NCBI GenBank assembly: GCA_965228855.1
Contig: CBDDIJ010000005.1
Span: 1,376,001-1,440,000 of the forward strand
Source of the DNA: Candidatus Obscuribacterales bacterium
Lineage (GTDB): Bacteria > Cyanobacteriota > Vampirovibrionia > Obscuribacterales > Obscuribacteraceae
Direction of reading: 5' to 3'
Length of the DNA stretch: 64,000 nucleotides
Shown here: piece after piece, positions 40,604 to 50,204 of the stretch
Position numbering within the stretch: position 1 is the stretch's first letter
Layout of the letters: every line of letters starts with the position of its first letter
Notes under the pieces: generated by a model
Told to the model about the DNA's origin: nothing
The model's input: only the letters and a program-made list of their open reading frames with translations
The model's database searches: none
Translations under genes and position numbers: made by a program

Positions 40604-41575
40604 ATGGGCGACAGCTACGCGATCGGCATTGATTTTGGCGGAACCAAAGTGTTGGCAGGCGTTGTCAACACGAAAACAGGCGAGCTGGTTGCAACCAGCA
40701 AGAAGAAGACAAAGCAAGCGAGCGAGCAGCAACAGCTATTGCGGAAACTGACAATCGTTATCGAAGAAGCTGTTGAACAAGCCGGCATCAACTTCGATAA
40801 GATAAAGTCGATCGGCATAGGCGTCGCCGGCATGGTCGACAGAGAACGCGGCATCCTGCTGTCCGGTGTTAACATTGGTGCCAGCAATCTCAAAATAGCA
40901 GAACCGCTCATCGATCACTACGGCATACCTGTTAAGCTCGGCAATGACGTGGAAGTTGCCACGCTGGGAGAGATGCACTTCGGCGCAGGAAAAAAATGCA
41001 ATAACTTGATCTGCGTTTTTGTCGGCACCGGTATCGGAAGTGGTATCGTGCATGATGGCGCGATTTACCACGGACATACTGGGACAGCCGGCGAAATAGG
41101 GCACACCATCTTATTTCCTGATGGACGTCTCTGTAACTGCGGAGGTCATGGCTGCCTGGAAGCCTATGCTTCGCGCATGGCGATAGCGAGGCAAGTAGTC
41201 GCCGGTATTAAGCGAGGCGTTGACACGTCGGTTGCCGGTGAAATAGACGAGAACAAGGGACTGTTGCGTTCGCGCACATTGTCACAGGCCGTAGTTGATG
41301 GCGATAACCTGGTTACTCGTTCCGTCATTCACGCGGCCAAATTTCTCGGCGTCGGACTCGCGTCCGTGGTCAATTTCTACAATCCGGAAAGGATAATTCT
41401 GGGCGGCGGTCTGGTAGAAGAAGTCGGTCTGTATTTTGATGTCGCGGTCGAAGAACTGCAGCATCGAGCACTGCCAATTCCGGGCGCGGCAATCAATGTG
41501 AAAAAAGCAAAACTGGGAGACTTTGCCGGTATCATCGGCGCCGCCATGCTTGCACAAAATTCAAGTGATAACTAG
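40604..41575 (+). CDS. ROK-family sugar kinase
   Basis: GIDFGGTK, GNDV, GTGIGSG, GEIGH, CNCGGHGCLE. Confidence 0.92.
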   Translation: MGDSYAIGIDFGGTKVLAGVVNTKTGELVATSKKKTKQASEQQQLLRKLTIVIEEAVEQAGINFDKIKSIGIGVAGMVDRERGILLSGVNIGASNLKIAEPLIDHYGIPVKLGNDVEVATLGEMHFGAGKKCNNLICVFVGTGIGSGIVHDGAIYHGHTGTAGEIGHTILFPDGRLCNCGGHGCLEAYASRMAIARQVVAGIKRGVDTSVAGEIDENKGLLRSRTLSQAVVDGDNLVTRSVIHAAKFLGVGLASVVNFYNPERIILGGGLVEEVGLYFDVAVEELQHRALPIPGAAINVKKAKLGDFAGIIGAAMLAQNSSDN

Positions 41576-42402
41576 GATGTTCGTTGATAGACCTTAAAGG
41601 GTTTGGAGAGCTGCTTATATGCACCGCGGGCGGTACTGCGAGGCAGAGACTCTTTTTCCCCCAGCACAAGATAACCGCCGGATACTAAACTTCCCTCGAT
41701 TAGCTTGTGAACCTTTTCTTGGAGGTCTTGATTGAAGTAAATGAGAACGTTTCGACAAAAGACAAGCGAAAATTCGTTGAACGAAGTGTCAATGGCAAGA
41801 TTATGGTGCGCAAATACGATGTTGCGTTTCAATTTATCTGTTAACAATACTCGATCATAAGCACTCGTGTAATAGGATGAAAACTCCTCCGAACCACCAC
41901 TTTCCAGATAGTTCACGATATAGTCTGTCATCAACCTGATTGGAAAAACACCTGTGCGAGCCTTATTTAAAGACTCCTCGTTTATATCGGTCGCGTAAAT
42001 CCGCGAGCGATCGTACAGCCCCGCTTCAGTAAGAAGGATCGCAAGCGAATATACCTCCTCACCCGTTGAACACCCAGCGGACCATACCCTCAAAAGGGGC
42101 ACATCAGCAAGCTGCGGCAAAACTTGCTCACGCAAAAACTTGAATACCTCAGGATCTCGAAACATCGCAGTTGTAGGAACGGACAGTGATTCTACAAACA
42201 TAGTCTCGAAAGATTTTTGAGTCAGCAACTTGTTCCAGAGCTGGCGCAACGAGGTAAAGCCTTCAGTCTCAATGATCCGAGCAATCCGACGTTTGACAGA
42301 GCTCACAGAATATTGCGAAAAGTCATATCCGGTACGCGAGAAAACATCAGCAAGAAATTCCTGCAGTTCTTCATCGTTGAAATCATCACCAGAGAATCCC
42401 AT
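41572..42402 (-). CDS. cheR: CheR-type protein-glutamate methyltransferase
   Basis: MFRDP, RVWSAGCSTGEEVYSLAI, ATDI, FCRNVLIYF. Confidence 0.9.
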   Translation of the reverse strand: MGFSGDDFNDEELQEFLADVFSRTGYDFSQYSVSSVKRRIARIIETEGFTSLRQLWNKLLTQKSFETMFVESLSVPTTAMFRDPEVFKFLREQVLPQLADVPLLRVWSAGCSTGEEVYSLAILLTEAGLYDRSRIYATDINEESLNKARTGVFPIRLMTDYIVNYLESGGSEEFSSYYTSAYDRVLLTDKLKRNIVFAHHNLAIDTSFNEFSLVFCRNVLIYFNQDLQEKVHKLIEGSLVSGGYLVLGEKESLPRSTARGAYKQLSKPFKVYQRTS

Positions 42403-42425
42403 ACTTCCCTTTATGGATTCCGAGC

Positions 42426-45400
42426 TTACCGTTTATAGAGCCACACCCTCAATAGTGATAATAGCTGACTTTTGTCGACCGGTTTCGAGATGTAGTCAGA
42501 GGCACCGGACTCGAGACACTTTCTTCGATCTTCTTTCATTGCTTTAGCGGTCACCGCGATGATTGGAAGGTTACTAAAGCGCTCGTCCCGACGAATCACC
42601 TGCATAGCTTCATAACCATCCATTTCGGGCATCATCATATCCATCAACACCAGCTCCACATCAGGGTTCTGCTCCAATCGATCGATTGCCTCCTTACCAT
42701 TTTCAGCATAAAGCAGTTTCATGTTTTGTCTTTGTAGCGCACCTTTCATAGCGGCGATGTTTCTTGGATCATCATCCACAATTAAAACTTTTCGCCCGGT
42801 TAGCGGGTGATCGGTTTGGCGCACAGAATCAATCATCCGGCGCTTGCTCTCCGGCAGACTGGCTTCGACCCGGTGAAGAAACAGGAGAACTTCGCTCAAA
42901 AGCCGTTCGGGAGAGTCGACATCTTTTACGGTGCTCGTAATTCTCAATTTATCGATAGTTTCAGTCTCTTCGCCGGTGAGCGCCCGGTCGGCGTAAATGA
43001 GAACGGGAGGCTTGTCCGAATAAATCTTTTGGATCTGACCTATCAGATCAGTCCCTTTCTTGTCTTGCAGATCGATATCAACAACCACACAGTCAAATAC
43101 ATTCTGGGACATAATCGCAAGCGCTTCTTCGCCTGTCCCGACCGCCGACACGGATATATTACTATCACCAATCACCTCAGCTAATCTCGAGCGCAGGCCA
43201 GTGTCATGCGCGACCAGAAGTATGCTCCCGCTCTCCTTGACCATAAAATTTTTGATCCTGTCCAGAGCATCCTTGACACCACTTACAGACACAGGTTTGG
43301 CGGCAAAACCTACCGCGCCTGACTCCAAGCTGCGCTGTCCTTCCACATCAACCGAGATTATGTGTACAGGAATATGCCTTGTGTCCGGATACTGCTTCAA
43401 CTGGTCGAGCACTGTCCAGCCCTGCATGTCAGGCAGGTTTAAATCAAGCGTGATGCCGTCCGGATTGATTCTGCGGGCTAGCTCGATGCCATCTCTACCA
43501 TTGGCAGCAACAACCCCTCTGAAAGAATGCTTGCGCGCCAGATCCAGGAGCATCCGCGCGAATGCTTCGTCATCTTCGATGACCAGAAGCACCCGGTCTT
43601 CCGGTCCAATGTCGCGCCGGTCATCACTAATGGCGCTGCTCGATGCGAGGATGCGAGTATCACGTGTGGACTCAATCGTCTTCTCTAGTTCTCGGAAACT
43701 GGCCGGCGATGGTTTTCTACCCATGCCCGCAGGATGTGACGCCGTCCGATCAAGCCGTCCATCATAGGCCAACGGAAGAACTATCGTGAAAGTGCAACCT
43801 TCTCCAACCTCGCTTCTAAGGTCAATGTATCCGCCTAGCAACTCACTGAGCTGCCGACAGATAGCAAGACCCAACCCGGTGCCACCGTACTTTCCCTTGA
43901 TGGTAGAGTCGGCCTGGCGAAAGGCTTCAAACACCAACTCTTGTTTATCTCGACTGATACCTATCCCGGTATCGACAACTTGAAGTCGCAAGCAAGGTCT
44001 GTCACCACCTGCGCCACCACTTACAACATCAATTCCAAGCTTGACGCTACCCTTTTCCGTAAATTTAAACGAGTTGGTGAGAAGATTAGTCAGCAACTGC
44101 GACAACCGCTTCGAGTCCGATCGTATCGACTTCGGCACCTCCGGCGAAACACTAATTTCAAACTGCAGCCCTTTCGCCTGAGCGGTCTTTCCAAAGGTCC
44201 TCTCCATCTCATCGACAAGATCTTGAATGTCGACCTCGGTCATGTTTAAAACGACTGTACCTGATTCGATTTTCGAGAGATCGAGAACATCATCAATCAG
44301 ACTCAACAGCGTTTTACCTGCACTGTGAATATTCTTGGCATAATCAACCTGAAAGTCCAAAAGATTCTTGTCTTCGTTTTCACCAAGCAATTCCGAAAAA
44401 ATCAGAAGACTATTCAACGGAGTTCGCAAGTCATGCGACATATTTGCGAGGAACTCTGATTTGTACTTAGATGCTTGCGCTAGCTCATTTGCTTTGGCTT
44501 CTACACTGACTTGCATCTGCTCAAGCTCAATATTCTTGTCCGATATTTCCTGATTCTGGATATCGAGAGCATCAGCTTTCTCCTCCAATTCTTCGTTGGC
44601 AGTGCGCAATTCATCTTGTTGACACTCGAGCTCCTCTTGCTGAGCCTGGAGTTCTTCATTCAAGATCTGCGACTCCTGCAATAACAGATCGACTCTGTTC
44701 GAGACGTTGATCGAATTGAACATCGAGGCGATCCATGAGCTTAGCTCATCAATAAAATCGATATGCTTTTTGGAGAACTCCTGCAGTCCGGCAACTTCAA
44801 AAACGCCTTTGACCTCTCCCTCAAACAAAAGCGGAACTATCACAACTTCGAACGGCTGCGAACGTGCTGTGGCGGTCTTGATCACAAAAGCATCGGAGCG
44901 AACATCATGCAAATTTAGGCGCCGTTTATCAATAGCACACTGGCCGATCAGCCCGTCGCCAAATTTAAACGATTCAGGCAGTTCCGACGCGTCGCCACCA
45001 TATGCGGCGGCAAGCTGCAAAGAATCGAGATTGGTTTCATCGCCGATAACATACATTGCGCCATGATGTGCCCCCAACATCGGCACCAATTCGCTCAAAA
45101 ATATCTCACTGGCAGTCTTCAAAGACCGCTGCCCCTGAAGGATTACTGCGAATTTATTAAGCCCGGAGCGGTGCCAATCCTGCGCCGCCTGCGATTCCGA
45201 AAGTGTTCTCAGTCTCTCAATCATTATGTTGAAGGAGCGTGCCAATTGAGACAACTCATCTTTTGAAGTAACCGGACAACGAAAGTCGAGATCGCCGGCG
45301 GCGACTTTATCTGTACCTTGAATCAGACCACTGACGTTCTTCTCAAAACCTCTCACAATGACCGTTCCCGTCAAACCAATCGCGAACATAGATCCAAAGG

Positions 45401-45959
45401 CCAGAATAACAAGCAGGGTTTCTGTACCTCGTATCGACTCGATCGTCTCTTCGGTCCGCTGCTTCAAGAGGCGCTCTTCCTCGGTCTTTATGCGATTGAG
45501 TACCGACACCCAGCGAAATGTGTTTCCATTTTCCGGTGTCCGTAGAAGCTTCAGAGACTCACTCAAACCAGAGTCTTTTCGCGCTTGACGTATTGCCTGG
45601 AGTTGCTGCAATCTCTCGGACATAAGCGGACTGAGGTCATTCAAGTTTTGCTGCTGTGCCGGATTGTCTGATGTCAACGACTTTAATCGGTTGAAACATC
45701 TTTCAACTTTTGCTGTAAGTTCATCCGCACCTTGAAGAAAACGCTCATCGCCAGATGCGACATATCCTCGAATGCGCGATTCATATTCTTTGAGCGAGGA
45801 TTCAAGAGTGTCTCTCTCGAGAATGACTTCCACGGTATGCGAAACCCATCTCCGAGAATAGTTAATGCCCTCGATATTGCTGTGTGCAAAATAGGCGAGA
45901 CAGACTATGCACACTACCGATATGAAAAAACCAATCGTAATGCGCGTAGCTATTTTCAT
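42426..45959 (-). CDS. Hybrid sensor kinase: CHASE3-HAMP-GAF-coiled coil-HisKA-HATPase-3xREC
   Basis: WVSHT..RGYV CHASE3 signature, DELSQLARSFN HAMP, FLANMSHDLRTPLN, GGTGLGL, three receiver domains. Start is 45959 or 45986. Confidence 0.9.
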   Translation of the reverse strand: MKIATRITIGFFISVVCIVCLAYFAHSNIEGINYSRRWVSHTVEVILERDTLESSLKEYESRIRGYVASGDERFLQGADELTAKVERCFNRLKSLTSDNPAQQQNLNDLSPLMSERLQQLQAIRQARKDSGLSESLKLLRTPENGNTFRWVSVLNRIKTEEERLLKQRTEETIESIRGTETLLVILAFGSMFAIGLTGTVIVRGFEKNVSGLIQGTDKVAAGDLDFRCPVTSKDELSQLARSFNIMIERLRTLSESQAAQDWHRSGLNKFAVILQGQRSLKTASEIFLSELVPMLGAHHGAMYVIGDETNLDSLQLAAAYGGDASELPESFKFGDGLIGQCAIDKRRLNLHDVRSDAFVIKTATARSQPFEVVIVPLLFEGEVKGVFEVAGLQEFSKKHIDFIDELSSWIASMFNSINVSNRVDLLLQESQILNEELQAQQEELECQQDELRTANEELEEKADALDIQNQEISDKNIELEQMQVSVEAKANELAQASKYKSEFLANMSHDLRTPLNSLLIFSELLGENEDKNLLDFQVDYAKNIHSAGKTLLSLIDDVLDLSKIESGTVVLNMTEVDIQDLVDEMERTFGKTAQAKGLQFEISVSPEVPKSIRSDSKRLSQLLTNLLTNSFKFTEKGSVKLGIDVVSGGAGGDRPCLRLQVVDTGIGISRDKQELVFEAFRQADSTIKGKYGGTGLGLAICRQLSELLGGYIDLRSEVGEGCTFTIVLPLAYDGRLDRTASHPAGMGRKPSPASFRELEKTIESTRDTRILASSSAISDDRRDIGPEDRVLLVIEDDEAFARMLLDLARKHSFRGVVAANGRDGIELARRINPDGITLDLNLPDMQGWTVLDQLKQYPDTRHIPVHIISVDVEGQRSLESGAVGFAAKPVSVSGVKDALDRIKNFMVKESGSILLVAHDTGLRSRLAEVIGDSNISVSAVGTGEEALAIMSQNVFDCVVVDIDLQDKKGTDLIGQIQKIYSDKPPVLIYADRALTGEETETIDKLRITSTVKDVDSPERLLSEVLLFLHRVEASLPESKRRMIDSVRQTDHPLTGRKVLIVDDDPRNIAAMKGALQRQNMKLLYAENGKEAIDRLEQNPDVELVLMDMMMPEMDGYEAMQVIRRDERFSNLPIIAVTAKAMKEDRRKCLESGASDYISKPVDKSQLLSLLRVWLYKR

Positions 45960-45982
45960 ATTTCTGTCCTGTTTGAGATGCG

Positions 45983-47080
45983 TCAAATCCTCGGAAATTC
46001 AAGCACGAATGAACTCCCTCTGCCGGGGTTGGGATCGAAAGTTATTGTGCCATTGTGGTGCTGAACGATTTGCTTACACAGATAAAGACCAAGTCCGGTA
46101 CTTCGCGAGTAACCACGGCCGGTGGCACCTCTGTAGAAGCGCTCAAAAAGATATCTCCTGTCTTCGTCGGAAATTCCCGGTCCTGTGTCCGTTACTGCCA
46201 GACGAACCTTATTTTCACCGGAGGCAAGCCGAATCGTGACCATGCCACCGCGAGGAGTAAACTTAAGCGCATTGTCCAGAAGGTTCCGGACAACTCGTGA
46301 AATTGAACTCGCATCAGCCATTATCGCGATATCGTCGCCATCTGAGATCTCGCTACTGATTTGGATGGAACGATCTTCGGCAAGATGCTCGACTTCAAGC
46401 ATGCAGTTGCGAACAAGATTGACTAGATTTGTGTGTTGAAAGGAAATAGTGTGCAGATCTTTGTCGTATCGATAAACTTCAAGCAGATTCGAAATCATCT
46501 CCAGTAATGTGGTGTTGCTGTCAGCCAGTCGCCGAAGAAGCTCAGACTGATCGTCGGCTAACGGTCCCAGGTCGCCCTTCACCAGAAGCCCCAGAATGCG
46601 ATTCGCTCCCTGGAGAGGACCTTTCAGATCGTGCGTGAGAGTAGCGACAAAGTCCTCACGCTCCGCCATTATTTTCGCTCGCTCTATCGCGTAACTAATG
46701 GCTCGGGAAAGCGTTCGGCCATTGATATCACCTTTGACGAGATAGTCTTGTGCCCCCTGCCGCATCGCCGTCATCGCCAATTGTTCATCGTCACGGCCGG
46801 TTAGCACGATGATTGGAATTCCAGAGCAGGTATTCCTTACATCAATGAAAGTGTCGAGGCCCTGACTGTCAGGCAAATTCAAGTCCAACAAAATGACGTC
46901 GATGGACTCGTCGGCCTTGCGCTCAACGTTGGCCCGGACTATCAGATTCGACGCAGCACCTAAAGAGGTCGCCTCGAGCTTCTCAATCTCAAAATTTGCG
47001 TTGCGTGAAAGTGCCGCCCCAATTGCCTTTGCAAAGGTCTCATCATCTTCCACTAGTAACACGCGAACAAACTTGCTCAA
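45983..47080 (-). CDS. REC-histidine kinase hybrid
   Basis: LLVEDD, LLDLNLPD, THDLKGPL, NLLDNALKF, TGLGL. Confidence 0.9.
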   Translation of the reverse strand: MSKFVRVLLVEDDETFAKAIGAALSRNANFEIEKLEATSLGAASNLIVRANVERKADESIDVILLDLNLPDSQGLDTFIDVRNTCSGIPIIVLTGRDDEQLAMTAMRQGAQDYLVKGDINGRTLSRAISYAIERAKIMAEREDFVATLTHDLKGPLQGANRILGLLVKGDLGPLADDQSELLRRLADSNTTLLEMISNLLEVYRYDKDLHTISFQHTNLVNLVRNCMLEVEHLAEDRSIQISSEISDGDDIAIMADASSISRVVRNLLDNALKFTPRGGMVTIRLASGENKVRLAVTDTGPGISDEDRRYLFERFYRGATGRGYSRSTGLGLYLCKQIVQHHNGTITFDPNPGRGSSFVLEFPRI

Positions 47081-47220
47081 AGCTTACAGACTCTGCCTTT
47101 TTGTCAAAAATGCCACATCTTAATTTAGTCATCCTTTCCTCTTCTTCGCTATCCTGCTATCGGGTGATTTTCAGATGGCGCACATTTTAGTAATATCGAA
47201 TTACATCCTGGTATCGAAGA

Positions 47221-47616
47221 ATGTCTCAATGCAACATTTTGATCGTCGAGGACAATGACCTGCAACAGGCTTTGTACCGCGCGCTGTCAAAGAAATACGA
47301 CTTTGACTTGACTATGGTCAAGACGTCTCGAGAAGCCCTTGAAACGCTCCACGAAAATCCAACGTTCGATTTAATTCTGATGGATTTAGGACTTGCTGAC
47401 ACTAACGGCTGCGAATGTTCAATAAGAATTCGCGAGGCTGAAATCGACCTCGGTGTTCACATTCCGATAGTGGCAGTCACAGGTCACACCACTGAAGAGT
47501 ATAAGAACGAATGCTTCGAAGCAGGCATGGACGGCTTTCTTTCTAAACCGTTCAGCGTCACCGAATTCGGTGCAGCGATTAAACGGTTTTCTCGATCGCC
47601 AGTGACAATCGATTAA
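47221..47616 (+). CDS. Single-domain response regulator
   Basis: ILIVEDN, ILMDLG, VAVT, SKPF. Confidence 0.9.
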   Translation: MSQCNILIVEDNDLQQALYRALSKKYDFDLTMVKTSREALETLHENPTFDLILMDLGLADTNGCECSIRIREAEIDLGVHIPIVAVTGHTTEEYKNECFEAGMDGFLSKPFSVTEFGAAIKRFSRSPVTID

Positions 47617-48590
47617 AATTTAGCTGCGAGCTGCAACCTTTTGCCTTGAAAACTTTGACGCGCCTCAAGCTCGCCATCGATCTTCTTCATAATCCGCTCT
47701 TTCTCGAAAGCCCATTGCGGCGCGATAATTTCGTCTTCCGAGCCCTCCGCGACCAGACGCATAATCACCATATCCGGTGGCAACATCTCGAGTGCATCAG
47801 CGACCAATCTGACGTATCGATCCTCGTCGAGAACGGGTAGATTCCCCATCCGAAAATCGATTTCCATCGGCGTGCCTTTATAAATGCACAACTGGTGGAT
47901 CTTGATACCGTCAATCGGACATTGTGCTACCTGTCTCACAGTCTCAAGCATTTGCTCGTCTGTTTCATCCGGCAAGCCGAAGATCAGGTGTGTCGCGACT
48001 TTCAAGTTTCGTTTCTTTGCTCGTTCGACGGCATCAAAAAATTCTTCGGCTGAATGTCCGCGGTTTATCTTATCGAGTGTTTCGTTAAAGACTGATTGCA
48101 AGCCCAGTTCCAGCCAAACAAAAGTCTTCTCGTTGTATTCGGCGAGAAGATCGAGAATGTTGTCGTCAACACAGTCGGGTCTCGTGCCGATACAAATCCC
48201 GACGACGTCCTCGAATTCGAAGGCCACATCGTAAAGTTGGCGCAAAGCGGCTTCAGGAGCGTAGGTGTTTGAAAAAGCTTGAAAGTACGCCAGGTACTTT
48301 TGCGCTTTGAATCTCCTTTTAGCTCGATTGATACCCTTTTCCATCTGGCCGCGCACGCTGGCGGCAGTGTCGATAGTCGGCGCCCCGGAGCCGCGGTCGT
48401 CACAGAAGGTGCAACCACCAAATGCGCGAACACCATCGCGATTCGGACAAGTAAAGCCGGCGTCGATTGGAACGCGGTAAACGCGGGCTCCGAAGTAGTC
48501 TTTAAGGTAGTTGTTAAAGGTTCGATACGCTGGCATAGGTTCCCCGCCGGGCTGACGCAGTGGCAACTCCGAAGGCTTAAGGGTTGTCAA
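47613..48590 (-). CDS. TIGR01212/YhcC-type radical SAM protein
   Basis: DAGFTCPNRDG..GGCTFC, YFQAFSNTY, GTRPDC, ELGLQS. Start may instead be ATG48536. Confidence 0.88.
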   Translation of the reverse strand: MTTLKPSELPLRQPGGEPMPAYRTFNNYLKDYFGARVYRVPIDAGFTCPNRDGVRAFGGCTFCDDRGSGAPTIDTAASVRGQMEKGINRAKRRFKAQKYLAYFQAFSNTYAPEAALRQLYDVAFEFEDVVGICIGTRPDCVDDNILDLLAEYNEKTFVWLELGLQSVFNETLDKINRGHSAEEFFDAVERAKKRNLKVATHLIFGLPDETDEQMLETVRQVAQCPIDGIKIHQLCIYKGTPMEIDFRMGNLPVLDEDRYVRLVADALEMLPPDMVIMRLVAEGSEDEIIAPQWAFEKERIMKKIDGELEARQSFQGKRLQLAAKF

Positions 48591-48638
48591 CCTTCAATGT
48601 TACTACGTCTTGGATATATCTCTCCGAAATTCCTCTAA

Positions 48639-48667
48639 TTGACGGTCCGTTGCCAGCCTGCTATTCT
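48639..48667 (+). promoter_or_regulatory. Sigma70-type promoter of tRNA-Glu
   Basis: TTGACG-N17-TATTCT with extended -10 TG. Confidence 0.65.
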
Positions 48668-48690
48668 GACAAAACCTTCTACACATGGAC

Positions 48691-48763
48691 GCCCCCATCG
48701 TCTAGAGGCCCAGGACACCTCCCTTTCACGGAGGCGACAGGGGTTCGAATCCCCTTGGGGGTA
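48691..48763 (+). tRNA. tRNA-Glu (TTC), CCA not encoded
   Basis: Acceptor stem GCCCCCA/TGGGGGT, anticodon arm CCTCC-CT TTC AC-GGAGG, T-arm GGTTCGAATCC. Confidence 0.97.
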
Positions 48764-48772
48764 TTAGTTGAG

Positions 48773-48801
48773 AAACACAGGCTTTCGAGCCTGTGTTTTT
48801 T
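48773..48801 (+). terminator. Rho-independent terminator after the tRNA
   Basis: AAACACAGGCT-TTCG-AGCCTGTGTTT followed by a T run. Confidence 0.85.
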
Positions 48802-48979
48802 GTTTGCACAAACTCGGATCCAAACCCGGAAACGCTCGCTGAGCGACTGTCCGATAGAGTCGTTTGTTTCGATGTGTAACGGGGAGCCATTCATTCAAAT
48901 GAGATAATCTCGATATTACGGGTGCAATTTAAGAACCCGGGCATCCCAATCACGCATCCCAACGACCCACAGGCAAGGT

Positions 48980-50200
48980 ATGACTGACGGCGGCGGCACG
49001 CTCATAAAGCTTGGAGACTTGCTGATTCGGGTCGGCATTCTCAAGCCGAAAGAGCTCGAAGATTGCATAAGAACCGCCGGCGAGACGGGTCTGCCAATCG
49101 GTCGCGTGCTGATAATGTCCGGCTACATGACTGATAGAGAACTTGCGGCGGCCGTTCAGGCGCAGTCGCTAATAAAAGACCGAGTAGTCGAAGTAGAAAC
49201 CGCTCTCGATGCTCTGAAGCAGGTAGCTAATGAAGATGTCACTCTTGAACAAGCACTCCGCAAGCGCGGTTGGGCAGGCAAGAAAACAACGGAAACAGCT
49301 AAGCTCGGCGAACTCCTGCGATCGGCGGAATTGGTTTCAGACGAGCAGTTGAACGGATGTTTGACCACAAGCCAGGAAACGGGTCTTCCGCTTGGGCGAA
49401 TTCTTGTTCTCACCCAGGCTATCAGTGAAGAAACACTCGCGTCGGTCTTAACAGCGCAGATTTTGATTCGAGATGGAAAGGTTTCCAAAGAGCAGGCTAT
49501 CAAAGGCTTGCGAGCGTCTAAACGGCGGCGAATTTCTCTGGAAGAATCGCTTATCGACCAGGGATTCTACAAACCGCCGCTGAGACAAACGGTAAAACTT
49601 GGCGAGTTATTTGTGTTATCCGGTTTAGTCACAGACTCGGATCTGATGGGCGCACTCGAAATCGGCTTGACGCGCGAGATGCCTATTGGGCAAGTGCTTG
49701 TGGATTGCGGCTACGTCTCTCGCGGCGTTTTGAATACGGCTTTAAAGTTTCAAGAGATGGTTATTAACGGAACGCTAAACGCGCTGCAGGCAGCAGAGGC
49801 ATTGCGCCAGGTCTCCACTCGAAACATCTCGATGGCACAGTCGGTGGCTGAACTTGGGCTACTAAAGAGCGAGCAGACTGAAACGATTCGACTGGGTGAA
49901 CTTCTCAAAGCTGCAGGCATTGTCACCGAGGACGATATCAAAAGCGCCATAGATTTGAGCGCAAGAAACTCTGCTTTAATTGGCAAGATCCTGTTGGTTA
50001 CAGGCTTGATCAATGAGCAAACTCTGCACGCTTCATTGCGAGCGCAATTTCTGGTTCGCGAAGGATTTCTGCGAATGGAACAGGCAATCGTCGCGCTGAA
50101 CCATTGCGAGAAAAATGAATGCAGCATCGACGATGCGCTTCAGGAGCTAGGTTGGACAATGCCGTCTCGCGCAAAACTCCACGGCGAACCCGAGTTTTAA
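48980..50200 (+). CDS. Protein of four tandem MshEN-like units
   Basis: Four ~100-aa units with [KR]LGxLL..G..L/[PL][IL]G.IL..G...L...L..Q. Confidence 0.8.
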   Translation: MTDGGGTLIKLGDLLIRVGILKPKELEDCIRTAGETGLPIGRVLIMSGYMTDRELAAAVQAQSLIKDRVVEVETALDALKQVANEDVTLEQALRKRGWAGKKTTETAKLGELLRSAELVSDEQLNGCLTTSQETGLPLGRILVLTQAISEETLASVLTAQILIRDGKVSKEQAIKGLRASKRRRISLEESLIDQGFYKPPLRQTVKLGELFVLSGLVTDSDLMGALEIGLTREMPIGQVLVDCGYVSRGVLNTALKFQEMVINGTLNALQAAEALRQVSTRNISMAQSVAELGLLKSEQTETIRLGELLKAAGIVTEDDIKSAIDLSARNSALIGKILLVTGLINEQTLHASLRAQFLVREGFLRMEQAIVALNHCEKNECSIDDALQELGWTMPSRAKLHGEPEF

Positions 50201-50204
50201 AACC

